Origin: Marsupella aquatica
Lineage: Eukaryota; Plantae; Marchantiophyta
Direction: 5' to 3'
Length of the DNA stretch: 64,000 nucleotides
NCBI GenBank assembly: GCA_973895155.1
Contig: OZ316899.1
Location: forward strand, 6,389,241-6,453,240
The position numbers and the translations under genes were made by a program. Below, piece by piece: positions 34,633 through 48,910 of this stretch. The notes under the pieces were generated by a model. It had not been told where the DNA came from. It searched no databases and saw only the letters and a program-made list of their open reading frames with translations. Each line of letters starts with the position of its first letter. The first letter of the stretch is position 1.

Positions 34633-35579
34633 ATGAATTCCATGGAGAAATTACACTTCCAAGCACTAGCAATTGATGGAGAAAATTATTTATCTTGGTC
34701 TTTAGATGTGGAAGCACATCTCCCCTCCAAAAATCTACAAGACACTATCTTGACTGATGCAGGGACAACGTTACAACAAAAGGCTCAGGCCTTAATACTT
34801 ATAAGGCATCATCTTGCCGAACCTCTTAAGATACAGTATCTAAATCATTATAATCCTAGAGTTCTATGGGACAAACTACAATTGAGATTTGATCATATGC
34901 ACGCAATCTCCTCCCAACAGCCCGCCACGACTAGATAAATCTGCGCGTACAAGACCACAGCACAATTGCAAGTTACAGTAGCGAACTGTTTTGTATTACT
35001 TTGCAATTAGCTGTTTGTGGTAACCCTGTCGACGACCAAGGACAAATTGAGAAGACTTTATCTACTTTTCATGTAACTAACATAGTTCTTGCCTCTCAAT
35101 ACCAAAATATGAATTTCACCAGATACTCACAACTGATCTCACATATGCTTCTTGCAGAGAAGCACCAAATCCTACTGCTACATAATGCGAGAACTCAACC
35201 ACCAGGGAGCGCGGCTCCTCCGCCTAAACCCGAGACTCACCTGGTTGAGTCTACATATAGATATAGAGGACGCGGATGCGGGAACTTCAGGGGGAGCAGG
35301 AGTCGCCCAATGGGACAAGGACACTACCAAGTAACAAGTGGCAGAGGGAGAAGTCAAGTGGAATTCCAAGATAATTACCAAGGCAACAATTGGAATAGAA
35401 AGGGAGGCCGAGGATGGAACCAAGGCAGAGGCTACCCAACATACACCAGAGATAAGTTCTCTCCAACCCATTGTTTTTGTTGCGGCATGAAAGGGCATTT
35501 ACAGAAAGCATACAGAGCCCCAGCACACTTAGTAAGTTGTATAAAGAGAGTATGAACAAACCAAATCAGGAGGCACAAG
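34633..35579 (+). pseudogene. gag: Copia gag
   Basis: LAIDGENYLSWSLDVEAHL, IEKTLSTFH, LLAEKH and a degenerate Zn knuckle CFCCGMKGH; frameshifted. Confidence 0.85.
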
Positions 35580-36295
35580 CCTAGGAATGTCTGCCCAAGC
35601 AGGAGAGCTGAGCGAGAGCTAAGGAGAGCTGGGGGAGCTGGGAGAGCGAAACATCGTCGTTTCTCTTTTCTCTTCCATTTTTTTGTTTCTAAACTGTCAT
35701 GCTGAGCTTCACTGATTTTTCTATTTGTCAGGCCGACAGGAGATTTGAAAAGCTCTGCCTTTGGCCTTTTGAACGAACCGCGTATCACCAACTTTAGACT
35801 ATCTTAGACATAGGTTGACTCACATAAAGTTTTTTGAACTTCTTTAGTTCCTCCGTTGAAATTGGATAGATTTTGGCTAAACCGTTCGAGCGAGTGGTTG
35901 CTTAATCCCTGGTGTATCAACAACGCTCTATGGATACAAATGCACACTACAGATTTGGACGATCGTTTCGCTCCACTAGTGGCAGGGGACCAAATCGCTA
36001 TCCTTATGCCCTTTCTGGCTGAGGAAACGGGAGGGGACCATCTGATACCTCTTGGCGGCGTGAAGGTGCACCTCTCTCTCCGGGGCGACGCCCTTGGAGC
36101 GGGGATGCGCATGAGAAATCCCTACCGGAGAAAGATTCAAGTAGATTTTCTATTCAGGATGCACGTGGTGGTCCAAAAGCAGCACCTTTTGATCTGTTTG
36201 ATAACTCTCGGGCGCAGAGGGAAATAACTCCCCCGGAATGACTTCAACGAAGTGGCCGTTTCATTCCCCGACATGGCAATTCGTGGGCTGACCAA

Positions 36296-38152
36296 ATGGA
36301 AGAAGAAACGACGGCACGAGATGATGCTACTTTGGCCCCGCCCTTGCCTAGAGGGAAAAATGCAGAAAATGTTGCCAAACCGGATCCAACCATTCCACCA
36401 TCGATGGAATATAATGACGCACATGACACAAATGGAGGTGAGCATAGAGACCATCTGGATACTTCACAGGATCACACGATGGATTACAACTTTCCACACG
36501 TCGGACTACGCAGTAGAGAGGAACTTTCAGAGAACTCACAGGACGCCTGCCTGGATATCTTAAGGACTATTGCCTTGAACTCCACAGAGGATTGGCCGGA
36601 CCAACTTCACACTACCATTCAGTGGTCGATTGAGGAAGCTACTCTCTCCGTCCAAGAGCTTTATAGTTGCACTATGATGTGCTTCTTCACTGACCGTGCC
36701 CCTCTCCTTCCTTCATTTCGTGATTGGGTGGAAGGAGTTTTCATTAGGGATTTTCAAGTATGTTGGGAAGAACTTTTTTATGATCTCTTTCGAATACCCG
36801 GCACACAGAGATGCAGCGTTGGAACTGTCCCCTCTCTTCTTGGATCGGAAAATTGTACACACGTTCCCTTGGGAACCTTCATTCGATGTGAGGAATGATT
36901 CTTATACCAAGCTGCCAGTTTGGATTGAGATACCCTTTCGAGCTCTTGTTCTTGAAGGTTGTCGTAAAAGGATTGCGGAATCTTTTGGTAAACTTCTTTA
37001 CTACATCCAAGGTGATGTCCGTAGCTCTTTTCCTCACAATCACGCTTGCATTCTTTGGGATACAAGCCGTGAAATTCCTCGTAGTGTTGGAATTGAGATT
37101 ACAGAAGACATCACTATTTGGTAGCCAGTCAGATTCAAAAACATTCCTTATCACTGCTTTCGATGCAACAAGAAGGGGCACCTTGCCAGAGAATGCAGAA
37201 TTTTGGAAGAAAATGCCACCTCAACTAAAGATACTGAGGCGACTAAGGCGAACAAAGTAGACGCGGGGGCTAAGCAGCACGATAATGATAGCGGTAACGG
37301 TGCTACCGAACGACACGTGGACTCCGCTATTGACAGTCAGACAAAGCTACCACCTGGCGCTGACACAGTGATTGAATCAACGACAGTGGACGCTGCACTG
37401 GCTGTCTCTCCTCCTGGTGCGGAGCTTATGATTGCTGCTAACATATTAGCAGCTGAACCAAGTGGTGGGCCATCTGTCTCTACTGACTTTCTTGTCGGTA
37501 GCTCCTCTCGACTCGTGCAAGTGAATGCGCATTGTCTTACTCAAGCCGTCACACTACCACGCACCAACGAGTCTCACAACATTGACCACCAGATTGTTGA
37601 AGCCATAGCATCCCCATCTCCAACTCACTCTCCTCACCACGTTGTAAGCAACGCAAATGATTTTGTCTCCCCTTACTCAGAGACAACGCTCTTTTTCAAG
37701 CACTGCCAAGCTCAGAAGATGGCCTAGCTGAACATGGGCTTGATCAGGATCCGACTACCCCTTTGGGGTCTGATAAATTGGCAGTCCTGATTGAGAATCC
37801 TTTGGATGCTCCTTCCACCTTGAACGATGATATGTGCTTACCTGTCATTGGATTAGACACGACTGACCAGCAGTTACCAATTGTGGCCAGCGGGGACAAG
37901 ACAGTATCAGTTCTGGGTGGTTCGGATGTAGAGATGTCTGAATATGAGGAATACATTTCGAAAAGTCAGCTCAAGAAGGATCGTGCCAGGAAACTGGAAC
38001 TCCAAACTCCTCCGTCTGATCAGAAGAAGAAGAAAGACAAAAAAGCCAATACAAAGAAAGGTCACTCGATACAATTCTCATCTCACGATACTCAGGCTTC
38101 TAGCTCTCAGACTCGAACGAGATCCAATTCAAATCGCTATCCGACGGCGTAG
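36296..38152 (+). pseudogene. L1 ORF1 (DUF4283-like RRM region + CCHC knuckle)
   Basis: VGKNFFMISF, FPWEPSFD, LPVWIEIP and CFRCNKKGHLAREC; stops and frameshifts. Confidence 0.85.
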
Positions 38153-38291
38153 GCTGCATTGGATCTAATCTGGATCGGGCGGACCTCAGGGAATGCATTT
38201 TTTATGGCTGCGCTTCCCTTTGGAAATTTTTGCACTAGAAATAGGAAGCCTTAATCTTTTTCCTCATTTTGCAGCACAAGGATTCAGGAAC

Positions 38292-41200
38292 ATGGACACT
38301 CGTCTCTTTATCGGTTCATGGAATGTTTGTGGCTTATGTGAAGCCAATCGGAAACACATTGTGAAAAATTGGATTACCTCGCTCAAAACTCCATTGATTG
38401 CTCTAGCACTACAAGAGGTTAAAGCTGATAGGTTTCATTTAGACTTAGCTTTACGTACTATTCTACCTTCCTATCAACATCTTTCTGTTGAGTCTGATGA
38501 GGGCAAGGGCGGCACTTCCCTGCTGGTGCACCCTTCATTTCAAATCACTCAATCCGGTATCATTGACAAGGGCAGAGCAGTCTGGGTCAAAGGTAAACTT
38601 GCAGAAGGACATTTGGGGATTGTGAGTATTTATGCTCCCAATACCCCCAGAGAGCGGGCTATTTTGTGGCACGATTTAAAAATCACTCTACCTTAGGACA
38701 ACTGGATCATTTGCGGAGATTTCAACATGGTTGAAAGAAGTTCAGACTCCACGGGTCCTTCACCACTGCTCAAAGGAAGAGAAGCGGAATTCTAGAGGTT
38801 TTTCAAAATGAGATTCGACTTAGAAGATGCTACCAACGTTACACAAGCCTTTTGGGGTGCGGAATTTACTTGACGGCGTATCATAAACAGCAAACTAGTG
38901 CAATCTCGACTAGACAGGTTCTATTTTTAGTGGATAAAGCTGGTGGACGGGAGCGGTGATCGACCTGCTACATGAAGGTGGAACGGCTCTATCTGATCAT
39001 GACCCAATTATTCTATGTTTTAGTCTCTCTCCTCCGGCTCTAGAAAGAAATGCGGCACGAAAATCCTCTTTCTTCAAGGCTAACGCCGGGCTACTCAAAT
39101 TGAAAGGATTTATTGACAAACTAGCAGTGGCCTGGACTTTGAGTGGAGTCACGGTTTCAGACCCGCACCTTCGCTTTTATCAAGCGAATCTACGTTTGAA
39201 AGACACATACAAGGAAGTTCAACACACCCCGGGGGATCGCGAGAGGGATGTCTCCCTCCTGCGAGGAAAACTTTGAGTCCTGAAAGCTGCTCTTATAAAC
39301 ACTTTCACTGATACGGAGCTCAAAGATTATTCTACCATTGAGGACCAGGTCTGTGCAGCGGAACACGAAGACGCGCAACTAGGCATAAGACTCTCACGGA
39401 TCAGATGGCTGGGGCAAGGTGATGAACCTTCAAAATTTTACTTCACCACCATTGAGGCTAAAAGGTCTAGAGAATCGATGCCTTCTCTTCTGTTAGATAA
39501 TGGGAACACTATCACTCAGGATGTGTTGATCTTACAAGAAGTAGAGAAGCAGTGCGCTCTTTTGTATGAGGCTCCTGAGGATTTGCATAACAGTGAATCA
39601 AGGGAGGTCCGTAATGCTCGGCGCAAACTTCTTGCGCATACTCACAAGACTCTCACGGCAGAAGAAATCAGGAAACTAGAATCTCCGCCGACATTGGAGG
39701 AAATCCGTTGCACTCTTTGGCTACTTCCAGCGGACAAAGCTCCTAGTCCCGATGGTATCACTGCTGAGATATACAGATCTTGTTGGCATTTTATGAAGAA
39801 TGATCTGTACGACATGATTCTCGACTTTTGGAGAACAGGCACCCTCTCAGCTAATCTGAAGGAAGGCGTGATTAAGTTGATTCCTAAGAAACCTGACAAG
39901 CGGAGATTGAAGGATTGGCGCCCTCTAACAATGCTCAACACAGTATACAAAATTGTAGCTAAGCTTTTGGCCTTAAGACTTAAACCGCTCCTCAATAAGC
40001 TCATAAGTCCCCAGCAAACCGGTTTTATTCCGGGCCGACATATATTAGAAAATATCTCTATTGCTTGGATGACTGTCGATTGGGTCTGTTCCCAGAAGAC
40101 TAGTGCACTTTTCCTGCTTCTTGATTTTGAAAAAGCATTTGATAGAGTATGTCACTCCTATATCTGGGAAGTTATGCATTTACTCAGTTTGGGTAGCCAT
40201 TTCATTAGCCTGGTTAGATCCCTGCTTACTGGAGCCTATTCCAAAGTTCACGTCAATGGTATGTTCTCTCAGGACATCAAGATGCTTAGAGGGGTTTGTC
40301 AAGGGTGTCCTCTTTCCCCCCTTCTCTTCGTTATTTCCACTCAGCCGTTGATGGATTATTTGGACCACGAGATCCGTCAGGGCAGTTTCAGAGGCATTCA
40401 GGTCTCTGAATCTCTCTTGATCTCTTACAGACTATTTGCAGAAAACTTGGGAATGGTTATACCAGCTACCAAAGAGGACTTCAAGGGAGCAACTGAGGCA
40501 TTAGCCTGCTACGAACTTGCCTCTGGTGCCAAGCTCAATCTTCGCAAATCGACGGTGATTCCCCTGACAACAGAAAATGTTCCCAAATGGCTTACAAACA
40601 CTGGATGCAGAATTAGCCTTCCTGGCGAAATTCAGCGATATCTGGGTGCACCTCTTGGATGGGGCTTAACTGCCTCTTGACTTCACAAATTCTGTCTTGA
40701 CAAGCTAAGCGCCAGACTCTCTAGCTGGGCTACTCATTTTCTATCGTTTACAGGATGCACTATTCTCATTAAAACATGTGTTACAAGCGATACCCATCTA
40801 TCACATGATGTTCTTGCGCAGCCCCAGCTCACTAGCCAAATCGATGGTTGCCTTATGCCGTGACTTCCTTTGGGGTTACAATGCTGCTGGCGGTAGAAAG
40901 ATTCCTTTGGTTGCATGGCAAACGATGGCCAGACCCAAAATTGATGGCGGTCTTGGCTTCAAAGATTTTAGAAGTCATTCAGATGCGCTACTATGCCAAT
41001 GGTTTACTCGAGCGCTGGATACGAAGCTGTCTGATTGGTCTTCCCTATTTGAAGCGAATCTTCATATGGCAAAATGGAGGAATCCGAAACACATTCGGCG
41101 GAACAATTACTCTCTTTCCGATCTTTTATTACTCAGTTATCCTCTTTCCTTTGGCCGCCTTCACTACACAGGGGGATTGTGGAAGGCTTGGGAATCACTA

Positions 41201-44200
41201 CGTTCCCATCTTTTTTTCTCCCCGGAAGCATCTAGTGTCGCTAGCTGGTGGAGCATTGAGGATGTACTTAGATGTTTTGAAATCTTTCAGCAGCTGGATG
41301 ATCACTCTTTGCTCTATGATTAAGCTATTGGGAAGAATAGGTATCAGGAAAATAGCAGATCTTAGGGGAGAACATGACGTGGTCTTACATTACTACAATG
41401 GCAAACTGTCACGTATCAGAGGTTTTGAGTGGAGGATTCGGGAGCTGTGTCTGCTTTTCATCGGGAAAATCCAGGGCATTTCAGATGCGAGAGGCCCTCT
41501 CCGGTTTAGAGCCACACAATGGCGCTGGTCGGACAAGGAGGAGCAGTTGGAAAAATTTATTTGCCCAATGCACGGATGTATCATCTATTGAGACCTAAAG
41601 GCTCAGACTTTATCAAGCTCAACAGAATTTGGGGCCATTCACGCTCTGAACAGCAATGGAATAAGCTCTGGATCTCTCTATGGTGAACTGATCTTCCTCT
41701 CAAAGCTCGCACCTTTCTCTGGAGAATAGTAGTGCAAGGTCTTTTTACCGGGGTTAGAGCTGTAAGGATCGGGAAGAGACGGCCATTGTTTGCTTTGTGC
41801 CAACGTTTTGTGTGAGGCCGATGACATGGTCCTTATTCTATAATCTGAGTAACTAGGTTGCTGTATGCAAGGAGTAGCTATTGATACCGTATAACAATTA
41901 GCAAGATGGCAAGAATAAGGGCAATCATGGCGTTAAGAGTAGGGAAATAAAAGCTATGTCGCGGGTGGTCGGTGACCATATCTCTTTCAATATAACACCA
42001 AATCCGGATCTGTAAAGAGCATTGGAAAGATCTGGTCAAGGCGAGTAAAATCGATATAAAACACTTGGGAAACGAAGGTGTATTAAGGAAGATACGGCCT
42101 GATTAGTGTGACGGGTTAACTTGTGGCCGGAATTAGCGGGTTCGGCTTCAGTTTCAGGTTAACCCAAGCTCGGCCACGGCTTAGCTTAGGTAAGCACGGC
42201 TTCAGCTTATCTCAGGTAACCACGGCTTCAGCTTAGCTCAAGTAAGCACAGCTTCAGCTTAGGCTTAACCCGGGTTTGGGTTAGACTTAACTCGGGTTAG
42301 CCTAAACTCGGGCTCAGGTTAGCATAGGTAAGCTCGGGTTCGGGCCCAGCTTAGGCTAGGTTAGCGGATAGCGGATAGCGGGTAGCGGCCTAACCCGAGA
42401 CCACGGGTTAGCTCTACTCGGGTTAGATAGGATAGCTAGGTTAGCCGAACTCGGGTTAGCTATGTAACTCGGGTTAGCACAACAGTGAGTACCCCTTCTC
42501 GGTTGCGGGGACATAACTCTCTGTGTATTTGACCAAATCAGCTATAATTGACCTCGTTGGAAAGAGGAGCTCAAGCCGCTTCCAACGCTGCTATCCACGC
42601 AGCAAATGGTTGAATAGAGAAATCGGGAGAGGAGGCGCAAGCTCGCAAAAACCATGGAGGAGGGCCAAATCCGAAGTACATAGCCAATTCGAGATAGAAA
42701 TAAAGTTGCGAGTTAGGGTTCAGTAGTTAGAGATAGTGGCGGCTCTGTTAGGGTTGAGATGGGGCTCCAGCAGCGTAGTATCCACCCATTTGGGCTCAAT
42801 ATGAGAGTATATAGAGCAGCCCCCCGGTAGAGGCAAGGGGGGGGGACTTCAGTTGTGTGATCTCACGTAGACTGAGCAGCAGGGAGGAGCTCTGTGCAAG
42901 CAAGGCTGGACTTGGACGCTGCGTGTTGGGGAGAGCTTGGTTGTGCTATTACTCAGGGAGTAATCAGCCAAGCTTCACAGTTGCAACGGGTTGCTAGGTT
43001 TGCGAGCTGGATTGTGGCTCTTTCTAGTGGGCAGCACAACTGGGTTCTTTTCCCCCGATACAGAGCCTTGGTGATAGGTGATGTATTGGTGATTGTAAAC
43101 TGTGGAGGAGATTTCAATTTGATTTGTGGTGAGCACATTAGGGAGGTTGAGACACTAATTGAGGGGCAGCAGGAGGAGCATTTACAGTTCAGTCTGGCAA
43201 GGCTACGTGATCCATGGGGAGTCCCGGCCTGTCTGGTGGAGAGCACTAAGGGATCTATGGCCAGAGCTGAGCTTGCAGGGCAAGCGTGAGGCCGGGCCTC
43301 ATTGTAGCCTGGGGTAGATCGCCGTTAGGCCTGGTACCAGCTTTGAAGTCGAGTCAACTGTGCATGCGTAACTTGACATTCTGAAATGGAGGTGTGAGAT
43401 CTGTACGTATCCCCAAGAATGAAGTGCAGTGAAGGAGGTTGAGTTCAGGATTGAGCTTGCATGGCAAGCACGGGGCTTGTGGGGCAAGCACGTCGCAATC
43501 TGGAGGAGACAGCCTTCGGGCCTAGTGTTCGGATCAAGTGTTCTCAGTGAACTATTGTGCACATCTTTGAATCTAATTGAGTTTTCCTCTCAGGCCTCAT
43601 TTCTCTCATGGATGTGTGTGTGTGTGAGGCAATTTGAGTGTATGATGGGACTAGCAGCGCCACTAAGAGGTGTATCGGGTGCATTGAAGTGGGTTGGGTG
43701 AGGGCTATCACAGCTCTGATTGCTGAGAGTGGAATGGTAGAGTGGTGGGGCAATGGCTTAGAAGTCCCTAAGCCGGGAATCAGTCAGGAGTCACTGGTTT
43801 ATGGGTACATTCCGGCAGCGGAATAGAAATATACCTATGACAGTAAGCATACGTATAGACATATGCGCACCGTAGCGCTTGGCCCTGTGTGTGCGAGCCC
43901 GATATGAAGACCCCTTATTACCAAAACTATCATGAGCACGGATCTGATTCCCAACCTTGGTTCTTAGGGATTGAGCTTGGGTGATGTGTGACGGAGTCTT
44001 GTTATGATAGTCTGGTGTTAAGGGCATAAATTGGTGTTTACCGGCCTTCACAACATCCCTTCGTGATCCTCAGGTACAAGGAGATGGTTTTGGCACCCAT
44101 AGTGACGTTTTTGGTGTTAAGACCCATGTCAATCGCGTGACATTTTGGAGACGATCCCACATCTTTTTCTTTCTTGCTCTTTTGCGCAACGCTGCTGGAC

Positions 44201-44535
44201 TTTGGTTGGTCAAACTTTTATGGGTACTCTCAACTGGCAACAAGTCGATCTCTTTGCCACTCTGGAACTACGTGGTCACCAGGGAGTCCATAAATCCCTC
44301 AAAATCTTCATGATTTTCCACACAATGTGAACTTTATGGCTGGCTAGAAACGAACAGGTTTTCAACTCTAGACAGACTCGTACCTTCAACATGAACCTGG
44401 TCTTGTCTGAACTTCTAGATTCTCTTCATGGTATTTGCAAGGCTTCAGGCCCTAGCAGAAAACATACTAGACTTCTTAGGATTAAAGAATTAGTAGGTAC
44501 GGAAAAATTGAGATGGATTACGCGTATAGATGCTA
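38292..44535 (+). pseudogene. L1 ORF2 (APE endonuclease, reverse transcriptase, zf-RVT), interrupted at 41811-44142
   Basis: SWNVCGL, ALQEVK, SIYAPN, CGDFN, SRLDRF, SDHDP; KAPSPDG, WRPLTML, LDFEKAFDRV, QGCPLSP; FADD decayed to FAEN; CLLCANVL|ETIPHLFLSC. Confidence 0.93.
41811..44142 (+). mobile_element. 2.33-kb solo LTR (probably Gypsy-type) inside the L1 zf-RVT
   Basis: TG...CA ends and a perfect 5-bp TSD TTTTG. No gag/pol; TATATA-like box near 42808; short-repeat field at 42130-42480. Confidence 0.85.
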
Positions 44536-44769
44536 GGCTCTATAGTTAAACACACACCTTAGGTTGATAGGCAGTGGTATGATACTCTTTTGGAGTGGTC
44601 CTCTTTGACATGGAGTTTTGGCAGCTATTGACCTTACTTTTTTGTCCTTTTTTGTCCTTTTTTGGCTTTGTCCATTTGCCTTGTTTGGCTTTGGCCCTCC
44701 TTCCCGTGGGTTTTTGCGGGTTTTATTGGAAAAAAAATACAAAAATAAAATAAAACCAGGAGGCACAAG

Positions 44770-47700
44770 GAAATTTCATGGAAATCCCAGAAAGCATAGA
44801 AACATATAGAATCAACCCGACCATGCCTGAAACACAACTTGCTCACCTAGATATACAGTCAAACCATTCTTCCGACCCCTCCAACTGCATAGTAGACAGT
44901 GGGACCTCACACTCAATACTTATGACCCGTAAATTCTTTGACCAAATTGCCAAGTCCAACAATGCAATAACCACAATTACAGGCGTGAATCATATTGAGG
45001 AAGGGAATGGCCCAGCAACTGTTTGATTCCCTCAAGGGACACTCATCAAAATCGCCTCAGCCATATATGCACCCAAAGCCACTAGAAACCTGATCAGTTT
45101 CAGGGACATAAGAGCAAATGATTTGCACATCTATACCAGTTGAACTGAACAAGCAGAAGTCCTCCATATCATAGAGAAAACTCCTAGCGGGATGCAAATC
45201 CGTGAAATGTTATCAATACACCCCCTAGGGCTATACATAACTACAATACAAGTATTACATACAAAAATAGCCATCCCAAACCTTACAGTGAGATGGCACA
45301 ATCGCCTAGGCCATCCAGGAACAACGATGTACCATAATATTATTAGAGACACAGTAGGGATCCCACAAGCAGTACATCCATCATCATTGAGACAACACTG
45401 CCTTGCATGTTCATAGGGAAAACTAATTATAAAACCATCTACTTCAAAAACAATACACTCAATTCCACAATTCCTTGAACGACTTCACGCCGATGTCTGT
45501 GGGCCAATAGACCCTCCATCTGGCCCCTTCCGTTTTTTCCTGGCCATTATTGATGCTTCATCAAAATGGTCCCAGGTATTTCTCCTCTCCACATGGAACT
45601 TGGTGTTTCCTCGTATCCTATCCCACATTCTGAAATTGAGACAACAATTCCCTGATAATCCCATTAAAACTATAAGAGTCGACAATGCAAGAGAATTTAC
45701 GTCCAAAACTTTTGACAATTTATGTGAAATGGTAGGTATCGATACACAATATTTTGTACCCCATATACATTTCCAAAATGGAATAGCAATATTGTTAATT
45801 AAACGATTACAACTCATAGCGAGACCTCTTCTTATACAAACTCAACTCCCTATGACTGCTTGGGGGCATGCCATACTTCATGCAGCAACATTGCTTCGAT
45901 ATAGACCTTCTGCTTTTAATACACAGACCCCACACTACCTGGCATATGGACTTCCACCAAATATTTCTCACCTACGTACATTTGGTTGCCTGGTCTTAGT
46001 ACCAATCTTGGGCCCGAAACGCACCAAGATGGGCCCCCAAAGACAAAGAGGAATATATGTTGGCTTCGACTCACCTTCCATAATACGTTTCCTGGAACCA
46101 TCCACAACAGATGTATTTAAGGTGAGATTTCTTGACTGTGATTTCTTTGAGGACAAATTCCCTAGATTGACCACTACACAGATCACAAAAGACACCATAC
46201 AAACATTACAATGGCAGAACACCATTCCAATGGGAAATGACCCACGCACTAGACAAGGTGACGAGGAAGTCAGACGCATCATTCACCTACATCAAATGCT
46301 TGAAAAACTACTGGATGCAGCGTTCAATGATGCAACAGACGTGACACAATCACATACAGAGGCCGCAAATGTACCAGCAAGAATACAAGCACCGAGTCAA
46401 ATATTGACCGAAGCAGTACCAAGGGCAAAGCGTGGGCGCCCCATAGGCTCTTGGGGTAGCCAACCTTGCCAGAGAAGGCCCACGGCTACCCCGACAAATG
46501 TATCAAGATTGGTACCATTTGTCCAATCTCCTACACAACAAGATGACAATCAATAAATATCTATAAATTATATGCACATTGGCAAAATATGGCAAAGAAA
46601 CATCACTATGATAGATGACATATTTGTATATACAATATCAAAAGATATTACCGAAGAAATACCGGATCCTATTACAGTACAAGAAGCGCAATCAAGAGAC
46701 GATTGGCCTAAATGGGAAATAGCCATCAATTATGAACTGGACTCTTTGATCCAAAGAGAGGTATTCGGCCCAATAATACGTGCACCACAACATACACCAC
46801 TTACTGGATATAGTTTATATTCACAAAGAAAAGAAATACGCAGGGAGAGGTAATAAGATATAAAGTCCGCCTGGTAGCAAAGGGCTACACTCAAATACCA
46901 GGCCGAGACTTTGATCTTACCTACTCCCCTGTAATGGACTCCATTACTTATAGATATATGATAGCATTCGTGCTTACTCACAAATTGATGCTTCACATCT
47001 TAGATGTGGTCACTGTTTACCTTTATGGAGTACTAGACACCACTATCTATATGAAAGCCCCACTTGATCACGAGGATGAAATTTCATACTCAGGGGGAGC
47101 GGGCTATTCGCACATACCCTGGTCTACAACTTGGGACAACAAGAAAAACTCCTACAAAGTACCATCAGATGAATACAAAAGAACCTTCAGTTCTTCATAA
47201 AGAAACTGTGCAACATACATTACCAGAAAACTGCAGACCTACAAAGACTTACAACACACTATCTGCTACACAGACAGTAAGAAAAGCATATGCAATACAA
47301 GTCTTATGCTCTATGTATGGCCTTAAAGCGCCACTGTCCGTGACAAAACCTGGTTACACCAGGTTTCACCATTTTTAGTACCGTGGTCCTGAGATTATGG
47401 AGCAAAGTCTCATGCTAGAGGAGAGAAATGTGAAAAAGTGAAGAGTCTTGGACACTTCTCCTTTTATATGGATAGTGGTGGTTTAAGCAGAGCGACAGCA
47501 CATGGTATAAAAGATTTAAAGCAGAAATGTTAGCGATGATATAGCTCCTTGTCTTTTCCTGAAACAAACCGGAACTGAATATGTAATTGCCGCTATATAT
47601 GTAGACGACATCAACATCTTTGGTGGGCCTATTATAGTTAAAGAAACCATAGAAACACTTAAACATATTTTTCAAATGCGGGATCTTGGAGAGCCCAAAT

Positions 47701-48605
47701 ACTGTCTTGGACTTCAGTTTGATTATGTGCAGGGTGGCATTCTAATCAACCAAACAACGTACACGAAGAAGATACTCAAACAATTCAACATGGACTATGC
47801 TCATCCGGTGAGTACTCCAATGGAACTGAGATTGCTCGATCCTAATAAGGATACCTTCAAGAAGAGAACAGAAGCAGAGCCAACACTTGGACCAGAAAAT
47901 CCATACCTTTCAGCAATCGAGGCTCTAATGTACCTCACAAACCAAACACGCCCCGACATCTTGTTTGCTGTCAATCTTCTGGCGCGGCACAGTTCACAGC
48001 CAACAAAAAGACATTGGAATGGCATAAAGCAAGTTTTTTGATACTTGCAGGGAACGGCCGACTTGGGACTATTCTTTCCCGACAATGCCAACAGCAAACT
48101 GACAGGATTTGCTGATGTTGGCTACCTCTTTGACCCCGATGATGCCAAATCGCAAACTGACTACGTCTTTCTTCAAGGAAACACCGCCATATCCTGGCGG
48201 AGCTCCAAACAAACACTTACAACCACCTCCTTTAATCACGCAGAGATAATAGCACTCTACGAGGCCAGTCGAGAGTGTATATGGCTCAGACAACTGGTCG
48301 ATCATATAAACAAGAATACAGGTCAACCACTCTTAAACAAACCGACTATAATCTACGAAGACAATCGACCGTGTGTCGATCAAGTTACACAGGGCTTCAT
48401 CAAAGGTGATCGAATAAAGCACATCGCGCCAAAAAATTTCTACACTCATGAACAACACGCTGACAAGATCCAAGTTCAATGGATTCCAAGTAAAGAAAAC
48501 CGAGCAGACCTTTTCACCAAGCCACTCCCTACTACTCTCCATCAAGATCATGCATTCGGTATCGGGATGCGCAGACTCTCCACACTTTTACAGACAATCA
48601 ATTAG
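44770..48605 (+). pseudogene. pol: Copia pol (protease, GAG-pre-integrase, integrase, RT, RNase H)
   Basis: CIVDSGTSH; WHNRLGHPG; HADVCGP...IRVDNAREF; YKVRLVAKG; YGLK; IYVDD; TRPDI; FADVGY...YEDN. Multiple stops and frameshifts. Confidence 0.95.
47327..47482. mobile_element. 156-bp MITE with TTAA target duplication in the Copia RT
   Basis: TTAA|AGCGCCACTGTCC...GGATAGTGGTGGT|TTAA; removal restores YGLKQS..WY. Confidence 0.85.
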
Positions 48606-48910
48606 CCTGATGTTTTCTAACGCAAAACATTCAAACCTTAACTAGTAATACACTCAATACTACTCGATAGTGTCCCAATACTGTTACGCTAAACACTACT
48701 TGATAATCCTCACACAGGACATTACTTACCAACTTTACGCTTACTATAAAATGACCCTATGACATGTAAAGTAGTGGCACTCTTTCCTTCAGAAGACAGC
48801 AGGAAGGTTTTAAGGAGACCATACTAACAATAGGGATCAAATTAAACACTTAGAGTTACAATCTACATATAGTGGCTCTTTTATACACCAATAAAAGAAC
48901 CAAGGGGGAG

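Larger units (their letters stand above)
35580..44752 (+). mobile_element. Full-length L1-clade LINE inserted between Copia gag and protease
   Basis: 17-bp TSD aaa(t/c)caggaggcacaag at 35563-35579 and 44753-44769; purine-rich 5' start; ORF1, ORF2 and A-rich tail at 44730-44752. Confidence 0.95.

Noticed and set aside
42523-44051. ORFs inside the 2.3-kb insertion
   Set aside because: Short, no motifs, and within a TSD-bounded solo LTR.
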